A stretch of 64,000 nt of DNA from an uncultured Bacilli bacterium (GCA_934090735.1 CAKOJR010000001.1:90984-154983), one strand, 5' to 3'. Positions 18,871 through 29,322 are shown, numbered from the stretch's first letter. Notes: generated from the sequence alone by a model not told the origin. Numbers and translations are program-made.

Positions 18871-19917
18871 ATGAAGAAGAAATATTTAACAATTATTTTA
18901 TTAATTATTATAATGCTTTTTAGTGTGTATAATCTTTATAGTGCTAAAGTTATGCTTAAAAGTTATAGTTCTTATTATATAAAAGAAATGTTTTGGTTTT
19001 TATTTGGCTTTTTGTTTATTTTTATATCTTCAAAATTAAATTTAGATATTATATTTAAGAATTCTAAGTATATATATATTTTAGGAATAATGCTTTTAAT
19101 TGTTACACATTTTTTGGGAGTAAATGTTAATGGTAGTACCAGCTGGTTAAAGGTAGGACCAATTAGTATTCAACCTAGTGAGTTTATGAAGATACCTTTA
19201 ATTTTATCTTTAAGGAGTGTTTCTTTAAAAAAATATTCTAATATTAAATATTTTATTATTTGTTTAATTCTTACTATTATTCCGTCAGTTATCGTGTTTT
19301 TGGAGCCGGATACTGGGGCGGTTATTATTTATGTTTTAATATTTTTAACGTTTATGTTTATGAGAGGTTTTAATAAGTGGTTTTATATAATTAGTGGTTT
19401 AGTAATTTTCTTTGTCATTCTTGCTTTTATATATATTTATATGTTTCAAAGAGATTTATTTGTTTCAGTATTTGGTGCATCTTTATTTTATAGGATCGAT
19501 AGAATTACAGGATTTTTAAATCAGGATGGCTATCAGAGAAATCAGGCTTTAGCTTCGTTAAAATTATCTAAATTATTTGGTAGGGGAGAACTTGTTTATT
19601 TTCCAGAGAGTGCGACTGATTTTGCTTTTACATTTTTAGTGTCACAAGTAGGGATTGTTCCTAGTATTATTTTTCTTGTTATTTATATTTTACTAATTAT
19701 TAATATTAAAAGTATTAGTGGTGATAAATATATAAATAATGCACTTATTGTAATTATTACTTTTCAGCTTATTATAAATGTTTTAATGAATATAGGGTTG
19801 TTTCCAATAATTGGAATAACGTTACCTTTTTTATCTTATGGCGGTAGTAGTCTTTTATCTTATATAATTTTAATTAGTTTGGTATTAAAAAAAGTATCAA
19901 ATGATACTTATCTATAA
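18871..19917 (+). CDS. FtsW/RodA/SpoVE family (SEDS) peptidoglycan polymerase
   Basis: SEFMKIPLIL, LEPDTGA, PESATDFAFTF, GITLPFLSYGGSS; about 9-10 TM segments. Confidence 0.85.
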   Translation: MKKKYLTIILLIIIMLFSVYNLYSAKVMLKSYSSYYIKEMFWFLFGFLFIFISSKLNLDIIFKNSKYIYILGIMLLIVTHFLGVNVNGSTSWLKVGPISIQPSEFMKIPLILSLRSVSLKKYSNIKYFIICLILTIIPSVIVFLEPDTGAVIIYVLIFLTFMFMRGFNKWFYIISGLVIFFVILAFIYIYMFQRDLFVSVFGASLFYRIDRITGFLNQDGYQRNQALASLKLSKLFGRGELVYFPESATDFAFTFLVSQVGIVPSIIFLVIYILLIINIKSISGDKYINNALIVIITFQLIINVLMNIGLFPIIGITLPFLSYGGSSLLSYIILISLVLKKVSNDTYL

Positions 19918-20135
19918 TATGGTGGGTAGTAGTTATAGCCTCCATAATAGTTGTAGCCAGCTGGTGGATATCCTCCCATATATGGAGTAGACTGATAAGG
20001 TGCATTATTAACTGCATAAACTGGTCTTGGTCTTGATGCAGATACTACAGCTGCACCACCTAAACCGCCAAGTAAAAAAGGAAACCAAAACTGTCTATCT
20101 CCTTGATTATTATATCCATAGTTATTGTAATACAT
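19908..20135 (-). CDS. Small Tyr/Gly/Asn/Pro-rich protein with a central hydrophobic segment
   Basis: MYYNNYGYNNQGDRQFWFPFLLGGLGGAAVVSA...GGYPPAGYNYYGGYNYYPPYYR. AGGAG RBS. The 3' end overlaps the convergent SEDS gene by 10 nt. Confidence 0.55.
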   Translation of the reverse strand: MYYNNYGYNNQGDRQFWFPFLLGGLGGAAVVSASRPRPVYAVNNAPYQSTPYMGGYPPAGYNYYGGYNYYPPYYR

Positions 20136-20171
20136 ATAAAAACTCCTTTCATGGTATTATATGAAAAGAGT

Positions 20172-21017
20172 TTACTTGGAATATAGGCGGTATAAATTTA
20201 TTGATGGTCTATCAAATAATCTTACTTTATATTTGCTTGTACCAATACCACCTGATATATACATTTTAGTGTTACCTAATGTGTATTCTGGGTCATAATA
20301 TTTTTTAGCTCCTACTGTTTTATAAATAGCACCAGCTAGTGGAATTCTTACTTGACCATTATGGGAGTGACCGGAAAGCATTAAGTCTGGGGTTTTAGGT
20401 AATCTATCATAAATATCTGGCTCATGAGATAAAAGAATTTTATAGTTTGTATCGTCTTCGTAGTTAAAGGTACTATCTAGATCCAGAGTGCCTTCTAGAT
20501 AATCGTCTAGCCCAATAAGCATGATTTTTTCACTTGTTCCATTATGGATGTATTCGTATTTATTTTTTAGTAAGGTGATATTTGCTCCATTTAGGATGCT
20601 TTCATAGTTTGAATTTTGGTCATGATTACCAGTAACGGCATATACACCTAATTTAGAATCTATTTCACTTAAAATATTAATGATATCGTTTTTTTCTTCA
20701 TCTTTTAAATTATAGTGATAGTCGACGAGGTCACCAGTGAAAATGACGATATCTGGATTTAGTAAGTTTATTTTATTAACCATGTTTTTTAGTTCATCGT
20801 TAAAGGTAGTCATTCCATAGTGAGTATCACTAAACTGAACTATTTTAAATCCGTGAAAACTTTCAGGGATCTTTTCATTTGTAACAGCGTATTCTCTTAT
20901 GGTAAGCCCAGTTGTACCAATATATCTTGCGTAGTAGTATGTGCTAGCGCAGATAATTATTAGTATTAAAATAAATTTAATAAAACCATTCCCCTTAGTT
21001 TTTTCATTCTTTTTCAT
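20172..21017 (-). CDS. Membrane-anchored metallophosphoesterase (YkuE-like)
   Basis: N-terminal TM, then FSDTHYG, TGDLVDY, GNHD and SGHSHNGQ calcineurin-like motifs. Confidence 0.85.
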   Translation of the reverse strand: MKKNEKTKGNGFIKFILILIIICASTYYYARYIGTTGLTIREYAVTNEKIPESFHGFKIVQFSDTHYGMTTFNDELKNMVNKINLLNPDIVIFTGDLVDYHYNLKDEEKNDIINILSEIDSKLGVYAVTGNHDQNSNYESILNGANITLLKNKYEYIHNGTSEKIMLIGLDDYLEGTLDLDSTFNYEDDTNYKILLSHEPDIYDRLPKTPDLMLSGHSHNGQVRIPLAGAIYKTVGAKKYYDPEYTLGNTKMYISGGIGTSKYKVRLFDRPSINLYRLYSK

Positions 21018-21026
21018 AAATTTCTC

Positions 21027-21599
21027 CTAAAATATTATAAATAATATGCTAATCAAATTGTTGATAATATGAATTATAGTCGGGTATATTATACAATTTG
21101 TTTTTCGGTAAGTATAGGCAAAAGTTAAGCCTAAGATAAAATATGGAACTATATATAAAATTTCGTTCATGTTAGATAAGTGCATAAAAGCGTATAAAAG
21201 AGATGGTAAAATCATGTATATATATTTATTTTTTATATTATTAAATCCGAATCTAAATGTTAGTTCTTCACCAATTGGAGATAGAATACCAAATATTAGG
21301 GTATAGTATATAGGATTTAATTTAATTAGGCTTCTTATTAATTTTTCGTTTTCTGGTAGTAAGGTTATTTTAGATATGATTAGTAATAAGATATAATTTA
21401 TTAAAATTAAAGGTATGCTTATAAGAAGATATTTAAGATTTTGCGTTTTAAAGTTTTTTAGGTTATTATTTATTTCTTTAAAGTTGAGTAAGTATATGGT
21501 TATGATGGCACCTAAGCTACTTATAAGGGGATGCTTTGAAAGAAGAACGTTAAATGCTAAAAATATAAATAAGATTTTGATAGCTTTAAATTTTTGCAT
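21027..21599 (-). CDS. CPBP (CAAX/Abi) family intramembrane metalloprotease
   Basis: GEELTFRFGF (EExxxR motif), YAFMH and IHIINN motifs. Polytopic. Confidence 0.8.
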   Translation of the reverse strand: MQKFKAIKILFIFLAFNVLLSKHPLISSLGAIITIYLLNFKEINNNLKNFKTQNLKYLLISIPLILINYILLLIISKITLLPENEKLIRSLIKLNPIYYTLIFGILSPIGEELTFRFGFNNIKNKYIYMILPSLLYAFMHLSNMNEILYIVPYFILGLTFAYTYRKTNCIIYPTIIHIINNLISILFIIF

Positions 21600-21697
21600 A
21601 AGTTAATCACCACTTAATATTTTATCATAAAAACATGGAAATTTGTTTGAAAATGATATTTTGATATGCTATACTATACACAGGATAGGTGATATAA

Positions 21698-22414
21698 GTG
21701 AAATATTTAAAATCTTTATTGGTTTTACCTTTTTTAGTTGCTTTAAATGTTTATGCTGCTGATGAGTGCACTTATAAAGAACAAGCTAATTTGAATAAAT
21801 TGGCTGCACTTGTTGATGCAAACTATGAGGTAATTCAAGATGAAGAAAAGGTAACTGCAGAAGATCCTGATGGACTTGGAACTGTTGAAACCACTGTGAA
21901 AACTACAACATTTAAAATAAAAATATATAATATTACGGAAAATTTGTCGTTAAAAATATCTGAAAAAATTGGCGATAAAAGCGGACAAGAAAGAACAGTA
22001 AATTATTCAAATACAGATAATGGTGTATATACGTTTACTAGTGATAATATCGGAGATATTATTGAATATAAGATTAAAATCAATGCTTCTGGTGGTGCAT
22101 GCTCTGGTAAAACAATTAGAACTATGAGTTTTAAAAAGCCAAGAGTTAATCCGTATGCCGGATATGAAATGTGTAAAGGACATGAGGATGTTCAATACTG
22201 TGAAGAATTTACTACAAAAGAGTTTGAATTTACTGATGCTAAACTTGAAGAGTTAATAAGTAGTGTTGATCCGATAATAGATGACAAACCAGATGAAGAA
22301 AATAAATTCTTAAGATTTTTAAAAGATAACTATATTTATATTATTGCTGGTATAGTGGTAATTGCTGGTGGGGTTGGCGCTTACTTTATTTATAGAAGGA
22401 AGAGAGTATTATGA
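21698..22414 (+). CDS. Secreted protein with a C-terminal membrane anchor, function unknown
   Basis: Signal peptide (LLVLPFLVALNVYAADE), C-terminal TM plus RRKR stop-transfer. Overlaps the next gene (ATGA). Confidence 0.6.
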   Translation: MKYLKSLLVLPFLVALNVYAADECTYKEQANLNKLAALVDANYEVIQDEEKVTAEDPDGLGTVETTVKTTTFKIKIYNITENLSLKISEKIGDKSGQERTVNYSNTDNGVYTFTSDNIGDIIEYKIKINASGGACSGKTIRTMSFKKPRVNPYAGYEMCKGHEDVQYCEEFTTKEFEFTDAKLEELISSVDPIIDDKPDEENKFLRFLKDNYIYIIAGIVVIAGGVGAYFIYRRKRVL

Positions 22415-25400
22415 AAAAGGTTTTGGTAATATTAATAAGTTTATTTGCATTAACTATAGGGGTTAATGCAGATGCTCAGCATGGTATATGTGCTGGGAAA
22501 ACAGTTAATGGAGAAGATTATTGTACATTAGATACACCTGTATCTATAACAAGCGTGGCATTTAATCCATCTAATGTTAATTTGACAAACGGAAAGGCTG
22601 CAGCATATTATAATTATCGTGGAACTATTAATGGGAAGCAAGAAAACTTATATTGTATTGATTCAAACTTAACATCACCTTCTGGCTCATTTTATAAGTA
22701 TGCTAGAGCATTAAATCCTGAAAAATATAGTTTAGATGGTATGCTTGCAAGAATGTATGTATCATTAATTAATGCTGCTGTTTATGACTATAATCATAAC
22801 GTGTGTAGCAGTTTAGATGCATGCTTTAATAAATATTTACAAGCTGCTAATGTTTTGATGAGAGCTTTAGTAACAAAAAGAAAATATAATATTAATCCAA
22901 AGGATTCTTGGGGGTGTACTAATTTAGGGCATGGTGAATATCAAAATGTTGTTAATCAGTTAGATGGTCTTCCATATAGTGGAACAGCTTTAGCCAATGG
23001 TTATTATTACGATATAATTAAAGACTGGTATGATACAGCTGCTAATGCTGCGGGCTATACTGGTCAAACATTTAAGATAGAAACTAAGTTAGATACTTCT
23101 GTTGAAGTAGTTACTGAAACTGATGGTGATAATTTTTCTAAGATTATTCCAATAAAATTAAGTGGACTATCAAATTTTATGGTTAATTATCAAAAAACTT
23201 GGAAGAGAACAAATCCTAAAGTTCAAGTTGTTGGTTTAGAATGCTCTGAGGGTTTAACTTGTCAAATTGATGCTTCGTCTGGTTTTAATTTAAATGATAA
23301 TTTACTTGAAAAGTTTCCTGATACTGATAGTATAACTTTTTATGTTAAAGTCACTGGTAATTCTCAAACTTTAAAGAATAATAAAAAAGGAACTGTAACA
23401 GTAAAGATTAATAAATATCATATTTTAGATACAGATAACTTAGCTATTTTAAGAGGTTATTCGTCTCAAGCACAAGGATTATCAGAATATCTTCCTGGTA
23501 AGTCTATGCATTCAATTTGTTATCAGAGAATGGTAGCATTAATGCCATTGACTCCTCAAAAAGTTGAGTTAGAAGTTGATTTAGAACTTCCATCATATTG
23601 TAGAACTGAAACTGATGCTTATGGAAATACTTCTTATAAGTTAGGTGCAAGAGATGCTACAGTAAGAGAATATATTAATGGTGGGTGCTGTAAAGATATA
23701 AAAATAAGTGATTTATCTTCAAGCGAATTAGATTTATTTCAAGAGAAGTGTGATGGTGAAGATCTTGTTGATTTAAAACAAGAGTGTGGTGCTGGAACCT
23801 GTGAAGAATATGAGGGTAATTTACCTGGTAAGAATGTTGATTCTTATGTAAGACAAATGAGTATGAGAACAATTATGAGTAAAGTAAATAGTTGGGAAAA
23901 TTCGCCTTATGTGGATGCTGATACATATGGTAGTCAGACCAAAACTAATCTTTCTCATTGGAGAGATGATTTGTTTGCTAGTGAGCTAGAAAATAATAAT
24001 TATTGTAAGATTTATACGAGTGAAGAAAATCATATGTTTTATCCTACAACTACAACAGCACAAAGTGGAAGATTTTTTGTATTTGCTAAAGATGCTAGTG
24101 GGAATTATCTTCAACCATATGTAGAGGGCTCTATTTATTCTACTTTTCATACTGCTTATGATTTATGGAAAAAAGATTATTTATCTGCAATTAAAACAGA
24201 AAAAGAAAAGTATACAGCACTAAAAATAGCAGAAGCTAGGTATGATGCTTATGAAAATATTGATATGAATACTTCTGTTGGCAGTCCTGAATATAAATGT
24301 TGTGCTGAATGCTGTAGTGATTGTGCTGAGGGAGTTACTCCATCAGCTAAAACAGCCTTGTATACATATAAAGGCACAACTACTGCTAATACATATTTTA
24401 AAGCAGATGGTACAAATTTGAGTTATACAATTACTAAAAAGGAAGGGTGCCCAGACAGTGATGGTAATCCTACATATACTTATACAATAGATTCTGTTTC
24501 TGTAACTCCTGAAGGATTAAGTCAGGATGTTACAAATACGCAGAATGATTATAATGAGGCAAAAAGTCATAGAACTGATTTAGAAACTAAAAAGACAGAA
24601 TGCCAAAATGCTCTTTCTAGATATCAGTCTAGTTGGAAGTATATTTTAAAGCCTGACTTAACTTTTAATTATAATCAAAAGTATTATGACTCAACTTCTG
24701 GTACTATTAAATTTGTTCCTACTGAAGTTAAAATGAGTATAAGTAAAGATTCTAGTGACACTGACAAGTATTTCCCAAATGTAAGTACAGCGATAAATGA
24801 TCCTACTTCAACAAGTGGTAGTCAAAGTTTGGTTACTTTCAATCAAACTAGTGATAGTTCTGAACGATTAGGTGCTGTTTATGGAAAGAAAAAAACAGCT
24901 TCTGGTACTTATGAAATAGATGTTGATGAACCTTTTGAAAATGTGGATACAACAAAGGATTATACAAGAGATTATGAAGGTGTAAAAATTTATTTTAGAC
25001 CTGAAAAAGCATATTATAGTTTAGTGCCTTCAGGATTATTTGAGACTTCGGAAGAGAGGTTTAAAAGTATAAAATTGGGTTATGTATTTAATGTAACTAT
25101 TACTAATTTTCAAGGTGAATATGAAACTTGGTTTACGATAGCTAAAAATGGTCATCTTGAAGTTGAACCTTCTGGTTCTAGTAAAAATGATAGTAATATT
25201 CAGTTAAGAATTAATAAGTATTTAGAAGATAACAGTGCAGAATATACTGATGGTTCTAATGGTATAGATTCTTCAAAATTTTCTAGTAAATGTATTTATT
25301 GTAATAGAGAAGATATTTTTGAGAGGGAATGTAAAACTTGCGATGATCCGTTTAAACCTGAATATATTTATAGATCAGTTAATCCATCGGATATAGACCC

Positions 25401-25815
25401 TAATGATCGTAAGAGTACTAATGACTTAGGTAATAACTGGTCTAGTCCAAAGGGTGAAGCTGCTGAAAGAAGAATTAGAACTTTAGCTGAACAAGATTCT
25501 ATTTATGATGATGGTTCTAAAGCTAATTTAGAGTACGAATTTGATTTGTCTACTAAGAAAATGCAGGAAATTAAGAGTGCTAATAAGTCAACTAATTATT
25601 ATGATTTTAATTTACATTGTAATGAGTATGGTAAAGAGTGTGAAAGTGATTTTGTTGAGCAATATGCTTCTTATACAGAAGGCCGAAGTAAGTATAAATA
25701 TTTTGTTGATGGTGATTTTAAGGTTGGAACAATTAATAGTGTCTTAGGTGGCAATTATCCTGATTTAGAAGACTGTCAATATTATGGGAGTTGGGCTGAA
25801 AGATTATGTCCATAA
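22411..25815 (+). CDS. Large (1134 aa) secreted Cys-containing protein, function unknown
   Basis: Signal peptide MKKVLVILISLFALTIGVNADA. Many Cys, including YKCCAECCSDCAEG. No anchor motif seen. Confidence 0.65.
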   Translation: MKKVLVILISLFALTIGVNADAQHGICAGKTVNGEDYCTLDTPVSITSVAFNPSNVNLTNGKAAAYYNYRGTINGKQENLYCIDSNLTSPSGSFYKYARALNPEKYSLDGMLARMYVSLINAAVYDYNHNVCSSLDACFNKYLQAANVLMRALVTKRKYNINPKDSWGCTNLGHGEYQNVVNQLDGLPYSGTALANGYYYDIIKDWYDTAANAAGYTGQTFKIETKLDTSVEVVTETDGDNFSKIIPIKLSGLSNFMVNYQKTWKRTNPKVQVVGLECSEGLTCQIDASSGFNLNDNLLEKFPDTDSITFYVKVTGNSQTLKNNKKGTVTVKINKYHILDTDNLAILRGYSSQAQGLSEYLPGKSMHSICYQRMVALMPLTPQKVELEVDLELPSYCRTETDAYGNTSYKLGARDATVREYINGGCCKDIKISDLSSSELDLFQEKCDGEDLVDLKQECGAGTCEEYEGNLPGKNVDSYVRQMSMRTIMSKVNSWENSPYVDADTYGSQTKTNLSHWRDDLFASELENNNYCKIYTSEENHMFYPTTTTAQSGRFFVFAKDASGNYLQPYVEGSIYSTFHTAYDLWKKDYLSAIKTEKEKYTALKIAEARYDAYENIDMNTSVGSPEYKCCAECCSDCAEGVTPSAKTALYTYKGTTTANTYFKADGTNLSYTITKKEGCPDSDGNPTYTYTIDSVSVTPEGLSQDVTNTQNDYNEAKSHRTDLETKKTECQNALSRYQSSWKYILKPDLTFNYNQKYYDSTSGTIKFVPTEVKMSISKDSSDTDKYFPNVSTAINDPTSTSGSQSLVTFNQTSDSSERLGAVYGKKKTASGTYEIDVDEPFENVDTTKDYTRDYEGVKIYFRPEKAYYSLVPSGLFETSEERFKSIKLGYVFNVTITNFQGEYETWFTIAKNGHLEVEPSGSSKNDSNIQLRINKYLEDNSAEYTDGSNGIDSSKFSSKCIYCNREDIFERECKTCDDPFKPEYIYRSVNPSDIDPNDRKSTNDLGNNWSSPKGEAAERRIRTLAEQDSIYDDGSKANLEYEFDLSTKKMQEIKSANKSTNYYDFNLHCNEYGKECESDFVEQYASYTEGRSKYKYFVDGDFKVGTINSVLGGNYPDLEDCQYYGSWAERLCP

Positions 25816-25831
25816 TAAGGAGGTGTAGAAA

Positions 25832-26281
25832 ATGAAAGAAAGTCTTTGGGGTTATTGGTTTATTGTTTTTGGTATATTTGTTTTAAGTGTTATGCTTCTT
25901 TTACAAAACTACACTACTACTAATGAACAAGATGTTTATTTAATTAAAGAAATAACGGATGCTGCTATGGGCGATTCACTTGATTTAGCACATTATCGAA
26001 AATATGGTGAGATTAGAATAATAAAAGAAAAGTTCGTCGAGAATTTTATTAGAAGATTTTCAGAAACTATAAATATTAATAAAAATTATAAGATATCTTT
26101 TTATGATATTTATGAGGCACCACCAAAGGTTAGTGTTAAAGTTGCTACCACTACTGGTGAAATGACTATAAATGCTAATACAGATTCATATGCTGTTGTA
26201 AATAAAGTAGATGCTATTTTAGAGGATGTAAAAACCCCTGGAACGGATGTGAATAACGAATTTCCTATTTATGTTAGGTAA
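25832..26281 (+). CDS. Small N-terminally anchored protein (possible TadE/pseudopilin-like accessory)
   Basis: A single N-terminal hydrophobic helix (YWFIVFGIFVLSVMLLL), then a soluble domain. The assignment is by context only. Confidence 0.4.
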   Translation: MKESLWGYWFIVFGIFVLSVMLLLQNYTTTNEQDVYLIKEITDAAMGDSLDLAHYRKYGEIRIIKEKFVENFIRRFSETININKNYKISFYDIYEAPPKVSVKVATTTGEMTINANTDSYAVVNKVDAILEDVKTPGTDVNNEFPIYVR

Positions 26282-26288
26282 GCATTTT

Positions 26289-26321
26289 AGATGATAACAA
26301 ATTATAGTTATCATCTTTTTT
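26289..26321 (+). terminator. Rho-independent terminator
   Basis: AGATGATAAC / GTTATCATCT 10-bp stem followed by T5. Confidence 0.7.
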
Positions 26322-26386
26322 ATTTTTAGTAATTATTAATAATAATTTTAAACTTACTTAAATATATCTTTTTTCTTTTTGAATGC

Positions 26387-26415
26387 TTGAATTCGATAAA
26401 AAATATTGCTATAAT
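26387..26415 (+). promoter_or_regulatory. Sigma-A type promoter of the cpaB-cpaF-tadBC-like operon
   Basis: TTGAAT, 17 nt spacer, TATAAT. Confidence 0.6.
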
Positions 26416-26453
26416 TAATTTATCATAGAGAAGAATAAAATGGAGGATTTGAT

Positions 26454-27275
26454 ATGAATAATATATTGATTGGAATTAAAAGATTTTTGGGTAATAAGAA
26501 TACTGTAACTATTATTGGCGTTTTAGCTGGTATAGCGGTTCTTTATATTGGCTATAACTGGAGAGTTAAGCAAGCCATTGAACCGCAGAGTGTTCCTTAT
26601 GCTAAACAGGAAATAGTTGCTAATACTCTTATTACTAATGATATGCTTGGTAGTGTTAAGGTAAGTAAGAGTATGATTGATTCTACAACTAATTTAGTTA
26701 CTGCTAATAATCAAGTTGTTGGTAAGTATGTGTCATATGATACTACGATTCCTGAGGGAAGCTTATTTTATAAAAGTCAATTAATGACTGAAGAACAATT
26801 ACCTAATTATATAGTACGTAATATTCCAGAGGGATATACTGTTTATAGTTTGGAGGTTAATTCACATTTAACTTATGCAAATAGTATTATGCCAAATGAC
26901 TATATTGATTTATATTTTAAAGCAGTTGATGACGATAATAAAGTTATGTTTGCTAAGATGATTGAAAGTATTAAGGTAATTGCTGTTAAAGATTCTAAGG
27001 GTAAGAGTGTTTTCTCATCTGAATCTAAAGATTCACAACCAGCAGAACTAGTTTTTGCTGTACCTAATGATATGTTTTTACTTCTTAAAAAGGCAGACTA
27101 TATAAGTAGTAATTCTATAGCTATTGTACCTGTACCAAGAAATGCTAATTATACTGAGAATCCTAGTGCTACACAGGTAGCTAGTGAAATTATTACTGAC
27201 TTTATTTTATCGAAAACAGCTTATATTCCTGATAGTACTAATAGTGAAAATACAGAGAATAATACTAACGAATAA
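26454..27275 (+). CDS. CpaB/RcpC-like Flp pilus assembly protein (SAF domain)
   Basis: N-terminal TM, then a SAF-like segment (IVANTLITNDMLGSVKVSKSMI...VVGKYVSYDTTIPEGSLFYKSQL) and IKVIAVKD...ELVFAVPNDMFLLLKKA, typical of CpaB. Confidence 0.6.
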   Translation: MNNILIGIKRFLGNKNTVTIIGVLAGIAVLYIGYNWRVKQAIEPQSVPYAKQEIVANTLITNDMLGSVKVSKSMIDSTTNLVTANNQVVGKYVSYDTTIPEGSLFYKSQLMTEEQLPNYIVRNIPEGYTVYSLEVNSHLTYANSIMPNDYIDLYFKAVDDDNKVMFAKMIESIKVIAVKDSKGKSVFSSESKDSQPAELVFAVPNDMFLLLKKADYISSNSIAIVPVPRNANYTENPSATQVASEIITDFILSKTAYIPDSTNSENTENNTNE

Positions 27276-27287
27276 GAAGGTGACAAG

Positions 27288-28415
27288 ATGACAGATGCAA
27301 TATTTTCAGAACTTGATTTTGGTCCTTTAAAAGAGTTTTTAGAAGATGATAATGTAACAGATGTTTCATATAGTAATGGTGGACAAGTTTGGTTAAAGAC
27401 ATTAGATAAAGGTGTATATCAAGTAATTAGACCTGAAATTAATAATGCTCTTATGGAAAAACTTGCTTTCCAATGTTCTAATGTAATGGGTAAGACTTTT
27501 AATATGGCTCATCCATTTCTAGATGCAGAAAGTGCTGAATTACGTCTTAACTTTGTTCATGATAGTATAGCAACTAATGGTATAGCTTGTGTTATTCGTA
27601 AGACACCAGCTAAGATACGTTTAAATAAAGATAAGCTTTTAAACGAGAAATATTGTACACTTCAAATTCATGATTTTTTAATGAAGTGTGTTGAAGGACA
27701 CTGCAATATAATTGTTTCTGGAGAAACTGGTTCAGGTAAAACGGAGCTTGTTAAGTATTTGGCAAGTCATACTAAAGAAAATGAAAAAATAATAACAATT
27801 GAAGATACTTTAGAACTTCACTTAGATAGAATCTTTCCTACTAGAGATATTGTTGCGATGAAGACGAATAATATAGCGTCTTATTCAGATGTTCTTGTTA
27901 CTTGTATGCGTCAGAACCCTAAATGGATTTTACTATCAGAGGTTCGTAGTGCAGAAGCTGTTATGGCCGTACGTAACTCAATTTCATCAGGTCATAATAT
28001 TTTGTCTACTATCCATGCTGATAAGGCAGCTAGTATTCCAATGCGTATGTACTCACTTCTTGAAACTAACCAAGATGTTAGTCAGTTCTTATCAACAATT
28101 CATAGATATGTTCAAATTGGTGTGTATGTTAAGGGATATATGAGTAAGGCATTAGGTAGATTCCAACGTGAGATTATGGAAGTTACTGAGTTTTATGTTG
28201 ATGAAAATAATACACCATGTACAAATGTAATTTATAAAAAAAGTGTTGATGGATCATTTTCAATGAAGAATCCAACTAAATATCTTTTGGATTATTTATC
28301 AATTCAGGGAGTTGAGCTTCCTGCTGATACATTTAGATTAGGAAATGTAAATAATGGCAATGAAAATAATAAGGTTGATATAAGTGATGTTGAATTACCA
28401 AAAGCTGTAGCCTAA
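27288..28415 (+). CDS. CpaF/TadA-type secretion ATPase (VirB11-like)
   Basis: Walker A VSGETGSGKTE, ITIEDTLEL, Walker B-like region WILLSEVRSAEA, His box GHNILSTIHA. Confidence 0.85.
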   Translation: MTDAIFSELDFGPLKEFLEDDNVTDVSYSNGGQVWLKTLDKGVYQVIRPEINNALMEKLAFQCSNVMGKTFNMAHPFLDAESAELRLNFVHDSIATNGIACVIRKTPAKIRLNKDKLLNEKYCTLQIHDFLMKCVEGHCNIIVSGETGSGKTELVKYLASHTKENEKIITIEDTLELHLDRIFPTRDIVAMKTNNIASYSDVLVTCMRQNPKWILLSEVRSAEAVMAVRNSISSGHNILSTIHADKAASIPMRMYSLLETNQDVSQFLSTIHRYVQIGVYVKGYMSKALGRFQREIMEVTEFYVDENNTPCTNVIYKKSVDGSFSMKNPTKYLLDYLSIQGVELPADTFRLGNVNNGNENNKVDISDVELPKAVA

Positions 28416-28426
28416 GGAGGTGAATT

Positions 28427-29320
28427 ATGGAGTTTGTTTTATTAATACTAATTGCTCTGTTTGTTATATCGTATAGAAAAAATGATGGCGAGAGTGTATA
28501 TAAATTTATTGCAAAGGAAGTTACTGGTTTATATGACAAATATGCTCCATATAGTTTTAAAACGGTTAGAGAGAAATCTATCGAGTTAGGTGAGGAGTAT
28601 ACTACTAAACAGTATGTTACGCAGGTAGTTATTTTTGGTGTTGTTGGAGCTGGTATAGCATATCTATATTTTTACAGTTTAGTTTGGGCTATTGTTTATG
28701 GAGTTGCTGCGATTGCATTTATTCCATATTTAGCTTTTCTTAGATGCAAAAGAGTATATAGTGAGTTTTTATTTGAACAAATACAGGTTTATACTACTAA
28801 TGTAATTATGGAATTTAATACAACACAATCTTTTGTTAAGGCATTAGAGGGTGTTAGAGATTCTGGTGTATTAGAAAATCCAATTTTAGATGATGTTAAA
28901 TTAATGATTGATTTAAGTTATCAAAATGGTACAATCGAAGAGTCAATAAATTATTTTAATCAAAAGTATCCATATTATATGGTTAAAAATATGCATCAAT
29001 TGTTTTTACAGATTACTAGAGAGGGTGCTAAGGATTCTGGTGAATCACTTGATAACATGTTATTAGATATCGATATGTTAGTTGAAGGTGTTTATCGTGA
29101 TAAGATGGATAGAGAACAATATCATAAGAAGTTCTTAACATTTGGTTTTGCTCTATACTTACTAGTAATGCTTACGCAGTTCTTACTTGGTACTGAAAGT
29201 TATATTAAAATGCTTGATGAATGGTATGTTGTAGTCTTACTTCATGGTATTATTTTAATTAATACATATTTCTTGTTAGATGGTGAAAAATACTACAATG
29301 AAAATACTGGAGGTGAGTAA
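28427..29320 (+). CDS. TadB-like type II secretion system F-family membrane protein
   Basis: Position directly after the ATPase. N-terminal TM, TM pair, cytoplasmic helical domain, C-terminal TMs. Confidence 0.55.
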   Translation: MEFVLLILIALFVISYRKNDGESVYKFIAKEVTGLYDKYAPYSFKTVREKSIELGEEYTTKQYVTQVVIFGVVGAGIAYLYFYSLVWAIVYGVAAIAFIPYLAFLRCKRVYSEFLFEQIQVYTTNVIMEFNTTQSFVKALEGVRDSGVLENPILDDVKLMIDLSYQNGTIEESINYFNQKYPYYMVKNMHQLFLQITREGAKDSGESLDNMLLDIDMLVEGVYRDKMDREQYHKKFLTFGFALYLLVMLTQFLLGTESYIKMLDEWYVVVLLHGIILINTYFLLDGEKYYNENTGGE

Positions 29321-29322
29321 CG

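Noticed and set aside
21415-21606. 63-aa plus-strand ORF opposite the CPBP protease gene
   Set aside because: It is antisense to a gene with clear CPBP motifs and has no independent support.
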